DNA of 53,990 bases from positions 1 through 53,990 of the forward strand of contig JABIYX010000152.1 of NCBI GenBank assembly GCA_018666575.1. Reading direction: 5' to 3'. This document shows, in pieces, positions 45,482-53,990 of this stretch. Position numbers and translations under genes: made by a program. This DNA comes from Methanobacteriota archaeon (GTDB lineage: Archaea > Thermoplasmatota > Poseidoniia > Poseidoniales > Poseidoniaceae). Below the pieces are notes generated by a model that saw nothing but the letters and a program-made list of their open reading frames with translations, ran no database searches and was not told the origin of the DNA. Numbering within the stretch: the stretch's first letter is position 1; every line of letters starts with the position of its first letter.

Positions 45482-46498
45482 CTACTGCCACGTCACTAAT
45501 GTGTCATCGGTTCGTAGATATTGATTGATTCCGCTAGAGCCAAGGGACGTTTTCCGTCCATTATTGAGCTCAATATATCCTAAGCGTGCAATCATTGTCC
45601 CATTATCTATGCAATACATACGTGGTGGCGCGTGCGATGTAGATTCACGATCTTTGGCCATCAAGTTGCACATCTCTCTGATACGATTGTTGCAGGCTAC
45701 ACCACCGCCAAGCAAGAGTTCCGTTTTACCACTGTGGGCTAAGGCTCGCTCTGCAACTTCGACGCATGCAGCAAATGCGTGTTCCTGTAAAGACCAACAT
45801 ACTGAACCGAGTGAATGACCTTTTTCGATTAACCTCTGGGCTGCAGTAAGAATGCCAGAAAAGGCAAGATCCATCCCCCGTACCGGATATGGTAATTCTA
45901 ATCCCTCGAGGGTAGCATTAGGATTATTTTGGATGAATTCAAGAGCATGTTTCTCAATAACTGGTCCGCCAGGGAAGGGGATCCCTTGTTGGCGAGCAAA
46001 TTTATCGAGCATATTCCCTATGCCAATGTCCAGTGTTTCCCCCAAGACTCGATATTTGCCTTGCAATTTTGCAATCACTTGGGTATTTCCACCCGATACA
46101 TACAGCAAAACTGGATCTTCACAATCACATTGCTGCCTGCCAATTTCTATGTGAGCGACACAATGATTTACGCCTATGAGGGGGACGTCAAGCATGCTTG
46201 AAATCGTCCTAGCAACAGAAGCACCAATTCTAAGGCATGGGCCGAGGCCAGGGCCTTGTGAATAAGCAACAGCACCAATGTCTTTAGGATTGAGGTTTTG
46301 AGATTTTAAAATCTTATGAAAAAGAACCGCAGAAAGATCACGATGGTGATCTGCTGCCTCTCTCGGATGGATGCCTCCTTCCAAAGGCTTGACGGTATCG
46401 CTCATTGAAGGGAATGGAATACCTGAACTGTTGACCAATCCAAATGAAAATGTATGGGCTGTAGACTCTATCCCCAACGTCCAGTTACCACCTGCCAT
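45482..46498 (-). CDS. kae1: tRNA N6-adenosine threonylcarbamoyltransferase Kae1 (no Bud32 fusion)
   Basis: LGIESTAHTFSFGLV, GIHPREAADHH, AYSQGPGLGPCLRIG, VNHCVAHIE, GGGVACNNRIREM. Start could be ATG 46528 or 46498. Confidence 0.9.
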   Translation of the reverse strand: MAGGNWTLGIESTAHTFSFGLVNSSGIPFPSMSDTVKPLEGGIHPREAADHHRDLSAVLFHKILKSQNLNPKDIGAVAYSQGPGLGPCLRIGASVARTISSMLDVPLIGVNHCVAHIEIGRQQCDCEDPVLLYVSGGNTQVIAKLQGKYRVLGETLDIGIGNMLDKFARQQGIPFPGGPVIEKHALEFIQNNPNATLEGLELPYPVRGMDLAFSGILTAAQRLIEKGHSLGSVCWSLQEHAFAACVEVAERALAHSGKTELLLGGGVACNNRIREMCNLMAKDRESTSHAPPRMYCIDNGTMIARLGYIELNNGRKTSLGSSGINQYLRTDDTLVTWQ

Positions 46499-46549
46499 GA
46501 TTTTATCCAGAATGCGATTGTTCTTCAACTCTCACCTTCTAGCCAGTTT

Positions 46550-47764
46550 GTGCGAACCATTTTCTTTGATGTAGGTCCCTTGGCCACTCTTGATGAAAAT
46601 GATTCTATACTTGATGGAAAAGCAATTATCGTAAATAACAATCTCATAGAGGATATCGTTGATTCAGAAGTGGCAGTTGATGAATTTAATTCTGCTGATG
46701 TCCAATTTGTTGACGTATCTGGCAAGGCGATTATCCCTGGCTTGATCGATGCACACAATCACTTGCTATGGGCAGGTGATCGATTTAATGAACATAAATT
46801 ACGAATGGATGGTCTATCATATGCAGACATTGCTGCTGCAGGAGGAGGTATTATGCAAACGGTAACTCATACCAGAAATGCAACTGATGAGCAACTCTTG
46901 CACATTGGTAAGCAGCGTTTGCAAGAGTCACTTCGGAATGGATGCACATTTCTCGAAGCTAAATCTGGCTATGGCCTTTCTACGAAACAAGAATTGCGAT
47001 TATTAGAGATTCAACATGAATTAGATCATTTAGACGGTTTACCCTCGATTCATTCGACATGGATGGGAGCACATGCTGTAACTCAGGGGATTTCCTATGA
47101 GGATTATACTGAAGAAATACTATCTGATCAACTCCCCAATGTATTGGATTCTGGTTTAGCCCAATCTGCGGATGTATTTTGCGAACCTGGATGGTTTTCA
47201 ATTGAACAATCAGAGTCTATTCTTCGAGCCTCAAGAAAAGGAGGATTGGATTTGCGTATGCACATTGATGAATTTACAAATGGCGGTGGGGGCGAGTTGG
47301 CTTCAGAACTCAAAGTTGTAACTGCCGACCATGCACACCACACTCCGCTAGACGTTCGTCTTGATATGATGGAAAATGGAGTGATGACAGGTTTCCTACC
47401 AGGTACGCCTTATTCCAACGGTGATGATTGGCCAGACTTCAACGACATATCAGCCAATGGTATAGATTACACAATCGCAACAGATTTTAATCCAAATTGC
47501 CATATTAACAATTTACCCTTCATAGGGTCGTTACTTGTGCAACGAAATGGAGTTGATCCATACCATGCCCTTGTAGCACTTACAAAGAATGCTGCCAAAT
47601 CTACTCCGCGCAAAGATGGTTTAACTCAAGGAATGATAGAGATCGGGGCAGTCGCTAATTTTAATATTCTTAAGAGCAAACATTGGGAGAGTTGGTGTAT
47701 GACTCCTGGCACATCACCAATTCATTCAGTTTGTTTGGAAGGAAACTATATTGAAAAACTATGA
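46550..47764 (+). CDS. hutI: imidazolonepropionase
   Basis: IPGLIDAHNHLLWAGDR..E, SYADIAAAGGGI, LEAKSGYGL, FCEPGWF, ADHAHH, ATDFNPN. A GTG start at 46550 was chosen to avoid overlap with kae1. Confidence 0.85.
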   Translation: MRTIFFDVGPLATLDENDSILDGKAIIVNNNLIEDIVDSEVAVDEFNSADVQFVDVSGKAIIPGLIDAHNHLLWAGDRFNEHKLRMDGLSYADIAAAGGGIMQTVTHTRNATDEQLLHIGKQRLQESLRNGCTFLEAKSGYGLSTKQELRLLEIQHELDHLDGLPSIHSTWMGAHAVTQGISYEDYTEEILSDQLPNVLDSGLAQSADVFCEPGWFSIEQSESILRASRKGGLDLRMHIDEFTNGGGGELASELKVVTADHAHHTPLDVRLDMMENGVMTGFLPGTPYSNGDDWPDFNDISANGIDYTIATDFNPNCHINNLPFIGSLLVQRNGVDPYHALVALTKNAAKSTPRKDGLTQGMIEIGAVANFNILKSKHWESWCMTPGTSPIHSVCLEGNYIEKL

Positions 47765-47823
47765 ATGGGTTAACAGTGATGTAATAGATTTATATTTGTT
47801 CAAATAATATTTAGGGGAATGTC

Positions 47824-48147
47824 ATGGCGTGGTTAGAAACTGTTGTTTGTTCGAGCAAGAAAAAAGTAGATGCTCGGTTTCTAAGAGTTCTTAACGCTCA
47901 CCAGGAATTGAAAAGGAGACAAGAAAATTGTATTGCAGCTTGGGCTGCCCGTTCGGTTGATGGCCAACCGCTTTTCCTCGTGCAATCTCTTTACACCTCT
48001 CGTAAAGATCTTCAACGAATTACTAAACTGGTCTCAGAAAAAATGGATTCAGAACATGGATCTTTGCAATCATTCATGTCAGGACCTCCATTGGTTGGTA
48101 TTTTTGAAGTCGATGAAACTGAATTTGTTAACCAATTCGAAAAGTGA
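47824..48147 (+). CDS. hypothetical protein
   Basis: 107-aa ORF preceded by an AT-rich TATA-like box and followed by a perfect 8-bp hairpin. No family recognised. Confidence 0.45.
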   Translation: MAWLETVVCSSKKKVDARFLRVLNAHQELKRRQENCIAAWAARSVDGQPLFLVQSLYTSRKDLQRITKLVSEKMDSEHGSLQSFMSGPPLVGIFEVDETEFVNQFEK

Positions 48148-48168
48148 CGGTTTGAAGCACCCCTGTAA

Positions 48169-48192
48169 GTCGTATAATGGTAGTTATACGAC
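48169..48192 (+). terminator. perfect 8-bp stem / 8-nt loop hairpin followed by a T-rich tract
   Basis: gtcgtata-atggtagt-tatacgac, 22 nt after the stop at 48147, followed by atttgaatttgatt. Confidence 0.25.
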
Positions 48193-48387
48193 ATTTGAAT
48201 TTGATTCCCTGACATATTGCTTCAGTCAAGATTCAGTTATATCCCGCAGTACCTCGTTTTCATACACTCGGGGGATTTCAATCTTCAATAAATGGTCAAT
48301 TCCGCACTCCAAGTAGGGGGTCGAAGCGGTATATTCAGCCATTATTGAGCCAAAGAGTATATTTGATGGCGCCAACGAGTTATCATC

Positions 48388-48540
48388 ATGTCCAATGTCG
48401 AAGGTTTTTGTCTAAAGTGTAAAACATATGGTCCGATCAAAGATGGGAAAGAAATCAAGATGACAAACGGAAGAACAAGGTGTGCAGGATTTTGTTCTCA
48501 AGATGGATGTACAGGGAAGATTTCCAAAATCATCTCTTGA
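48388..48540 (+). CDS. DUF5679-like zinc-ribbon protein, 50 aa (below the ORF-track cutoff)
   Basis: Manual translation: MSNVEGFCLKCKTYGPIKDGKEIKMTNGRTRCAGFCSQDGCTGKISKIIS. The pattern CxKCK...NGR...G.C...C.G matches DUF5679. Confidence 0.6.
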   Translation: MSNVEGFCLKCKTYGPIKDGKEIKMTNGRTRCAGFCSQDGCTGKISKIIS

Positions 48541-48563
48541 TTCGTCAATACAAACCGATGCCG

Positions 48564-48570
48564 ATAAATA
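48564..48570 (+). promoter_or_regulatory. putative TATA box for tRNA-Val
   Basis: ataaata centred ~30 nt upstream of the mature tRNA 5' end. Confidence 0.35.
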
Positions 48571-48596
48571 CGCGTCTTTAGTGGGACAACTACCTA

Positions 48597-48670
48597 GGGC
48601 TCGTGGTCTAGGGGTTTATGACGTTGCCTTGACATGGCAAAGATCGAGAGTTCGATTCTCTCCGAGCCCA
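48597..48670 (+). tRNA. tRNA-Val (anticodon GAC), no encoded CCA
   Basis: Folded by hand. Acceptor GGGCTCG/CGAGCCC, D arm GTC(T)..(T)GAC with G15, anticodon stem TTGCC/GGCAA, loop TTGACAT, T stem GAGAG/CTCTC with loop TTCGATT, discriminator A. Confidence 0.9.
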
Positions 48671-48730
48671 CTAATGAAATCATACTAGTTTGTATTTGCG
48701 AGAAAGAAATAATAATTATTATTCAAATAA

Positions 48731-49093
48731 TTAATCTTCATGAATCACTTCAATATCGGTTGTGACATTTTTTTCCTCAATTTTTGCCAATGGTTCATCG
48801 TCACCGAGGTTTGAGAAATCGGTATTCCCACCCACCCAGGTTTGTATTTCATCAGTTTGTAGAAATTCTTCATCGAGTGGAGATACTGAACCAGATAATG
48901 AATACGCAGTAGGATCAATCTTACGTTCTTGTATGCGCTGGCCAGGTTCTGGAGCTTTTCTCTCTTCCATTGGTAACGTTGCGTGGAATAATCCACACTC
49001 TGGACATTTGAATGTACCATCTGCTTCTATTGTGCCGCAAGAGGGACACCTTACTGAACGAATGAACGTCTGTAGTGGATCTGTCAAATTCAA
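48731..49093 (-). CDS. zinc-ribbon protein with acidic C-terminal tail (TTG start)
   Basis: RCPSCGTIEADGTFKCPECG ribbon at residues 15-34. The only start that keeps the ribbon is TTG 49093, which overlaps the upstream TGA (TTGA). Confidence 0.6.
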   Translation of the reverse strand: MNLTDPLQTFIRSVRCPSCGTIEADGTFKCPECGLFHATLPMEERKAPEPGQRIQERKIDPTAYSLSGSVSPLDEEFLQTDEIQTWVGGNTDFSNLGDDEPLAKIEEKNVTTDIEVIHED

Positions 49094-51072
49094 TCCTCTG
49101 GAATAAACATTTCATCTTGGTAAGCGGTTATTTCATCACCAGTTTCGTCTTCCTCAATAGTTATTGTGCCTTCTTCATCATCAAATTCTACGATAGTGCC
49201 GTAGTACTCTTCTCCGTCGATATCAACGCCTACATAGGATCCAATGTCAAGTTCATCGCTTCCAGATTCATCATCCTCATCCGCTTCTTCTAATTCCTCA
49301 TCATCAGATTCTTCTGCGATTTCTTCAGAGTCCTCATCATCTTCTTCTGATTCTTCTCTTGAATCCTCTTCAGAATCATTCTCAAGAGATTCTTGGACAT
49401 CCGCCTTATCTTCGCTAACTTCCTTCATGGCTTTTACTCGAGCCCTCCAAGATGGAGCTAGGACAAGGTGTGTGTATAGGCTGCCAATTAATCCTAAAGT
49501 GGATAAGACCATCAATATAATTCCATCAATATAGAATCCGCCTGGCATTGAACTTGCATCTCCAGCGAGTGGCGTTAGCGAGTTCTTACATTCTCCCACT
49601 TGTACTGTAGGTTCACAAGGATATGCTTTACCTTCGTCGATCACGATGTTTTGATTATTCATCCAGCCATTACCATCATCAGTTTCTAATTCGACTGTAC
49701 CTCCTCCGCCATCGACGAACGGGAATAAACCATTTGCCAAAGCTGCTATGATCATAATTGCCAATCCTGTGTGGATAAGCGGCCAAAACACATCGTGCCA
49801 TTTCTTTGACATGAAACGCGTGTGCCATTTAGTAGGGAACGTTTTGACTGATTCCGCCTCTTCATCTTCGAGGCTGGCTATTGAATCCTCATGTGATTCA
49901 ATTGAGTTTACGAATTCAATCATGTCAATATTACCATCTGAATTTTCATCCATAGATTCCATCATCGAATCGAGTTCGGATTCAGATAACTCATATTCAA
50001 GGAAAATTGTGAGTTTAGAACCAAGTTCTTCCCTTGTAATCCTTCGATTTCCGTCTTCATCCATGTCGCCAAAGGCGTTTGCTAATGTCAAATCTTGTTC
50101 ATCGATTGAGTCGAGTATGTCTTCATAAATCTGGGAGATACTTCGTGCCTCAGTTTCTGATTCCTCTAGAGTTTCCTCAGTTTCTTCTTCCAGTATATCT
50201 TCATCAATTAGCTCTTGAACCAATTCTTCTTCGACCACTTCTTCGGATATTTCATCGAGTTCTTCTTCAGTTTCTTCTTCGACGATTTTTTCCTCTGAGT
50301 CATGTGCGACGACTTCTTCCACAGCCTCTTCTTCAACAGGTGCTTTGAATTCTTCTTCAGATTCATAGGCTTCATCATCATCAGATTCTACCTCTTCGTT
50401 TCGAGTATTCCATGCATTAGCAGCAGTTTGCAATTCTTCTTTCTTGAGATACGAATTGTCATCGGAATTGTAGCCTTGTGCGAAAGTTAGGAATTCTTCC
50501 TTATCAGAATCATTGATTTCTGCAGCTTTCATTACTCTGGAAAGAACACTTTCACTGTAATCAAGAACAGTCCCTCCCTCAGAGGATTCATTTATAATCG
50601 ACTCCGTTTCTTCCTCGAGAATATTACCTCCAATAATCGTCTGAAGTTCTTCAAGATCTACAAGACTATCTCCGTCCTCATCGATAGCTTGGACTAATTT
50701 ATCCACTTGACTCGGCGGCAAATCAGCCAAATTAAGTGACAGCAATCCTGCTTTCAGTTCATCAGAATCAATACGACCGTCTCCGTTTGTATCAAATCTG
50801 CCGAAGAGTGTTTTGACATCCATAGAATTGGTTGCCATCCATGTACGCAAGATATCAATGACATCATCCGCAACAAAAACTACGCCGCAATCAGGACATT
50901 TAGTGGAATCAAGTGGAACAAGTGAATTACATGCTCCACATTCTCCAAGGGCGTCTTCTGAAACACCTGAGAATGAGATATTACATTCCGGGCAGTTGCT
51001 CGAGGTAATTGGCACAACTGCTCGGCAGGAACCACATTCCGCCATTGCAACATCTTCATTTTCGTCAGTCAT
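49090..51072 (-). CDS. double zinc-ribbon, multi-EF-hand, two-TM, extremely acidic membrane protein
   Basis: CGSCRAVVPITSSNCPECN and CGACNSLVPLDSTKCPDCG. EF-hand loops DTNGDGRIDSDEL, DEDGDSLVDLEEL, DEDGNRRITREEL and DENSDGNIDMIEF. Two hydrophobic helices (WPLIHTGLAIMIIAALANGLF; IDGIILMVLSTLGLIGSLY). Poly-Glu/Asp tails. The start may be TTG 51099. Confidence 0.75.
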   Translation of the reverse strand: MTDENEDVAMAECGSCRAVVPITSSNCPECNISFSGVSEDALGECGACNSLVPLDSTKCPDCGVVFVADDVIDILRTWMATNSMDVKTLFGRFDTNGDGRIDSDELKAGLLSLNLADLPPSQVDKLVQAIDEDGDSLVDLEELQTIIGGNILEEETESIINESSEGGTVLDYSESVLSRVMKAAEINDSDKEEFLTFAQGYNSDDNSYLKKEELQTAANAWNTRNEEVESDDDEAYESEEEFKAPVEEEAVEEVVAHDSEEKIVEEETEEELDEISEEVVEEELVQELIDEDILEEETEETLEESETEARSISQIYEDILDSIDEQDLTLANAFGDMDEDGNRRITREELGSKLTIFLEYELSESELDSMMESMDENSDGNIDMIEFVNSIESHEDSIASLEDEEAESVKTFPTKWHTRFMSKKWHDVFWPLIHTGLAIMIIAALANGLFPFVDGGGGTVELETDDGNGWMNNQNIVIDEGKAYPCEPTVQVGECKNSLTPLAGDASSMPGGFYIDGIILMVLSTLGLIGSLYTHLVLAPSWRARVKAMKEVSEDKADVQESLENDSEEDSREESEEDDEDSEEIAEESDDEELEEADEDDESGSDELDIGSYVGVDIDGEEYYGTIVEFDDEEGTITIEEDETGDEITAYQDEMFIPED

Positions 51073-51182
51073 ACCATCGTCACCGGTTTGACTCAACACC
51101 TTGGCGATTATAATCCTTCATGATGATTTTAACGATGAAACCTATGTATCTCTTGTGTTCTCCTTTACTCAAGGGGATAAAT

Positions 51183-52037
51183 ATGGCTGGGCAAATTCAT
51201 ACACTCCTCTTTCCCTCAACTGATGAATTAGTTTCCTTTTTTGATCGTGTTGATACCGACAATACATCTCACAAGCTCTTCATCTCAAGATTGCCCCAAA
51301 GAAGATTAGTAGAGCGTTTAGATATTACGGATATTGAATGTTATTGGCTTACTGATAAACCTGCAGATGGGGCCATAGAACCAAGTTATCAGAAGATACT
51401 GTCATTAATTTCAAACAGGTTATCAAATCATAAAGGTTCGATTTTCATAGAAGGATCAGAATGGCTTGTATCTTTACATGGTTTTGATGCTTTACTCGGA
51501 TTCATTCGTACGCTTTCAGATTCCCTACATCGCACATATTGGAATGTGTATTTATCGATTGAACAAGACTCATTCACACCCACTGAATTCAATCATATCA
51601 TTAGGGAGGCACCGATTTACCAAATGAGTGATAATGAACCAACTTATGGTGTCGAAGAAGGTTCAATAGAACCAATGCAGCGTATAATATCTGAACACAT
51701 TGATGTAGATTTACATGAAGATGGTTCTCCCAAACTGGTATTTTTAACCCGGTTGCCAGAGAGTGGATTTACGAAATCCCTGCTTCAGAGGAGAGTGCTA
51801 CAATGGCGACGAATGGGTCTCGATGTTTCCGAAATTGAATCAGCACTCTATTCAACAAATAAAGAATCAATGTATCAATCATACACTATTATCGAAGAAA
51901 AGGTTCGTAGAGCAGTCCAACTTGACAATTGGATCTCAGAATATGTTACAGATTCTCAAGAACGATCAGTTGCTCAATTCAGAGTTCGCCAACTCACTGG
52001 ATTAGATGAATTAGAGCAGAGATATTTCCCGGATTAG
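51183..52037 (+). CDS. DUF835 domain protein
   Basis: KGSIFIEGSEWLVSLHGFDALLGFIRTLSDSLHRTYWNVYLSIEQDSFTPTEFNHIIREAP matches the DUF835 pattern (LEYLixxNGFxxvlxFlxxLxD...vxpxalxxxexxxlxrE). Trimmed to MAGQIHT. Confidence 0.6.
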   Translation: MAGQIHTLLFPSTDELVSFFDRVDTDNTSHKLFISRLPQRRLVERLDITDIECYWLTDKPADGAIEPSYQKILSLISNRLSNHKGSIFIEGSEWLVSLHGFDALLGFIRTLSDSLHRTYWNVYLSIEQDSFTPTEFNHIIREAPIYQMSDNEPTYGVEEGSIEPMQRIISEHIDVDLHEDGSPKLVFLTRLPESGFTKSLLQRRVLQWRRMGLDVSEIESALYSTNKESMYQSYTIIEEKVRRAVQLDNWISEYVTDSQERSVAQFRVRQLTGLDELEQRYFPD

Positions 52038-53585
52038 TTTAGGAATACGGTTCGTTTCAGCTTCTATCAATGAGAGCCAAGACGATTGTAGCATCTCCGA
52101 TGCAATTTCCCTTAACTCTGAACTTGTTGTTCTATCAGATACATCATCTTGAATAATCGTATCAGCGCATCTTACCAATACTTCTACTTGGGTTGATGAT
52201 TTGTGATGCATGAAATGTAATCCACGTCGAGCGACGAAGAGTTCACAAGCAAGAACCTCTGATGATCTTCGGACTGCTTGTAACAAATTCCAACACGCTG
52301 TAGATCCCATGCTCACATGGTCTTCTTGGCCTGCGGATGTTGGTGTTGAGAATGATGTTCGAGGTGATGCATGACCGTGTAATTCGCCGAGAGCGGCTGC
52401 TGCAGAGTATTGGACTATCATCAAACCGGATTCAAGTCCAGGATCTTCTGCTAAAAATGGTTTGATAGCAAGTCGATTTGGATCGAGCATTTGGTCGATT
52501 CTTCGCTCACTAATAGAAGATATTTCGAATAAGGATAATGCCATTGCGTCCGCTGTTAGGGCTAGGATTTCACCATGGAAGTTTCCTTGAGAAATAATTT
52601 CATGACGCCCAGGATTTGATATGTCAGGGAAAATGAGAGGATTGTCAGTCGCAGAATTCAACTCAGTGTATACAACTTCATTTAACCGTTGTAGAGTTTC
52701 GGATACTGCTCCATGTACTTGTGGTATACAGCGGAAAGAATACGGGTCTTGTACTCTGTTACAGTCCTTATGATTGGCCAAAATTTGAGAACCCGACAAT
52801 ATATTTCGAATACGGTTTGAGACAAAAATCTGACCGGGGTGTGGGCGGGCATTGTGAACGCGTTCATCCATAGGCGTAATTGTTGATTCTGTTGCATCTA
52901 TCGACATGCATGCTACGAGGTCAGAATAGGTTAGCATATTCTTGAGACGTTCCAACGCCAAACAGAGAAAACCTGTCATTTGACTTGTCCCGTTGATCAG
53001 TGAGAGCCCATCCTTTGCACGTAATGTAAGGGGGAGCAATTCGCACTCCATTAACACATCTTTTGCAACGCGGATCTCCCCAAGGTAGTTTACCTTCCCT
53101 TCTCCTATCAATCCTAAAGCTAAGTGTGAGAGGGGCGCTAAATCTCCACTGGCACCCAAACTGCCAATTCTAGGAACTGTAGGGTGTATTCCTTTGTTAA
53201 GAAATGCCACGAGTTGATTGATAACATCTGGGTGACAGCCAGAATTTCCCTTCACTAATGAGTTAATTCGCACACACATCATCGCACGAACCTCCTCAAT
53301 TGACATGTATTCGCCCAAGCCTGTTGCATGTGAACGAATAAGATTCAGTTGAAGGGTTTCAAGTTCTTGCGAATTTATTTGAGTATTCACCAAGGATCCA
53401 AATCCAGTATTTATGCCATAAACAACTTCATGTTCATTCAATATACGTTCCACAACAGCACGTGAATTACAGACACGAATCATCGATTCTTCTGCAATGC
53501 TAACAAGCGCATTATTGGAAGCAACTTCAACAACTTCGGAAGAAGTTAATGTTGTTCCATCAAGAGTTATTGTTCGCATATTCAT
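52011..53585 (-). CDS. hutH: histidine ammonia-lyase
   Basis: MIO-forming GASGDLAPLSHLAL, YGINTGFG, NLIRSHA, QDPYSFRC, NFHGE. The ATG lies 1 nt after the hutU stop. Confidence 0.92.
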   Translation of the reverse strand: MNMRTITLDGTTLTSSEVVEVASNNALVSIAEESMIRVCNSRAVVERILNEHEVVYGINTGFGSLVNTQINSQELETLQLNLIRSHATGLGEYMSIEEVRAMMCVRINSLVKGNSGCHPDVINQLVAFLNKGIHPTVPRIGSLGASGDLAPLSHLALGLIGEGKVNYLGEIRVAKDVLMECELLPLTLRAKDGLSLINGTSQMTGFLCLALERLKNMLTYSDLVACMSIDATESTITPMDERVHNARPHPGQIFVSNRIRNILSGSQILANHKDCNRVQDPYSFRCIPQVHGAVSETLQRLNEVVYTELNSATDNPLIFPDISNPGRHEIISQGNFHGEILALTADAMALSLFEISSISERRIDQMLDPNRLAIKPFLAEDPGLESGLMIVQYSAAAALGELHGHASPRTSFSTPTSAGQEDHVSMGSTACWNLLQAVRRSSEVLACELFVARRGLHFMHHKSSTQVEVLVRCADTIIQDDVSDRTTSSELREIASEMLQSSWLSLIEAETNRIPKLIREISLL

Positions 53586-53586
53586 G

Positions 53587-53990
53587 TCACTCACCATTAA
53601 AAATTCGTTCGAGGAGATCCATATCAACGCTGTTCGGTAAGGTAACTTTCAATGACGGGTTTATTTCCATAGCCTGTTTTATTGAAGATACTGCACCTGA
53701 GTTGCGAGCCCATGCTCTTCTAGCAACACCGTTGTTAACATCCCAATGAAGCATCGACTGGAGTCTATTTTTAGATTCTAAAGACCCATCGATTACCATT
53801 CCAAAGCCGCCATTCATCACTTCGCCCCAGCCAACACCTCCACCATTGTGTAAACTAACCCAGGTTGCTCCGCGAATTGCATCTCCGATGAAATTCTGAA
53901 CAGCCATGTCAGCTGTCCATTTTGAACCATCTCGTATATTTGCAGTCTCTCTGTAAGGAGAATCAGTACCACTTACATCGTGATGGTCTC
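53587..53990 (-). CDS. hutU: urocanate hydratase, C-terminal part (5' end outside window)
   Basis: The frame stays open to the window edge (DHHDVSGTDSPYRETANIRDGSKWTADMAVQNF...SLHNGGGVGWGEVMNGGFGMV...RRAWARN). Confidence 0.9.
   Translation of the reverse strand, partial: DHHDVSGTDSPYRETANIRDGSKWTADMAVQNFIGDAIRGATWVSLHNGGGVGWGEVMNGGFGMVIDGSLESKNRLQSMLHWDVNNGVARRAWARNSGAVSSIKQAMEINPSLKVTLPNSVDMDLLERIFNGE

Noticed and set aside
49244-50490. Apparent DNA repeats, and the + strand ORFs (Ser-rich 49244-49534, 49748-50128, 50079-50348)
   Set aside because: These are the reverse complement of GAA/GAT-rich acidic coding sequence of the EF-hand protein. It is codon-level low complexity, not a CRISPR or tandem DNA array. 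The same applies to 2640-3170 in the TSP3 repeats.
48597-52010. Integrated mobile element at tRNA-Val
   Set aside because: The block has no integrase, transposase or phage-like gene. I could not find by eye a direct repeat of the tRNA 3' half. It is kept only as a synteny question.
1-53990. CRISPR arrays, rRNA genes, transposases, toxin-antitoxin pairs and known defence systems
   Set aside because: No regularly spaced direct repeats, rRNA-like conserved blocks, DDE/integrase motifs or defence-associated domains were recognised in any frame. Absence was judged by eye only.

Overview
Gene-dense (more than 90% coding) chromosomal segment of an archaeon. It is probably a streamlined planktonic euryarchaeon of the Marine Group II/III (Poseidoniales-like) kind; that placement is inference only. 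Archaeal markers are the eS19/eL39/eL31/eS17 ribosomal proteins, a PDCD5-like protein, tRNA-splicing endonuclease EndA, archease, stand-alone Kae1, geranylgeranyl reductase, a roughly 310-nt 7S SRP RNA and a tRNA-Val(GAC). These sit among many bacterial-type metabolic genes: class-2 PyrD, three-gene PntAB, Mdh, HutU/H/I, methylmalonyl-CoA mutase and epimerase, IscA plus YgfZ, and a FolE-QueE-QueC-QueD preQ0 operon. There are also very large acidic secreted or membrane-anchored proteins. I saw no CRISPR array, transposase, integrase or recognisable defence system.

The most promising unexplained clusters are:
(1) a three-gene operon (15200-19580) with a TatC-like membrane protein carrying an unassignable cytoplasmic domain, flanked by an exported CxCH beta-sandwich protein and an anchored M6 metalloprotease;
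(2) a surface-protein operon (28769-33851) ending in a PqqD/RRE-like protein;
(3) a translationally coupled FMN-reductase / Cys-less FGE-like / ArsC-like trio (27135-28772);
(4) a zinc-ribbon / EF-hand / DUF835 block with tRNA-Val that splits the hut genes (47765-52037).

Other notable items are a PNGase F-like lipoprotein and an orphan CPSKY-type CcmE. All calls come from reading the ORF translations and the DNA by eye. Start codons and RNA ends are approximate, and the ORF track clearly uses TTG/GTG as well as ATG starts, so several N-termini were trimmed.
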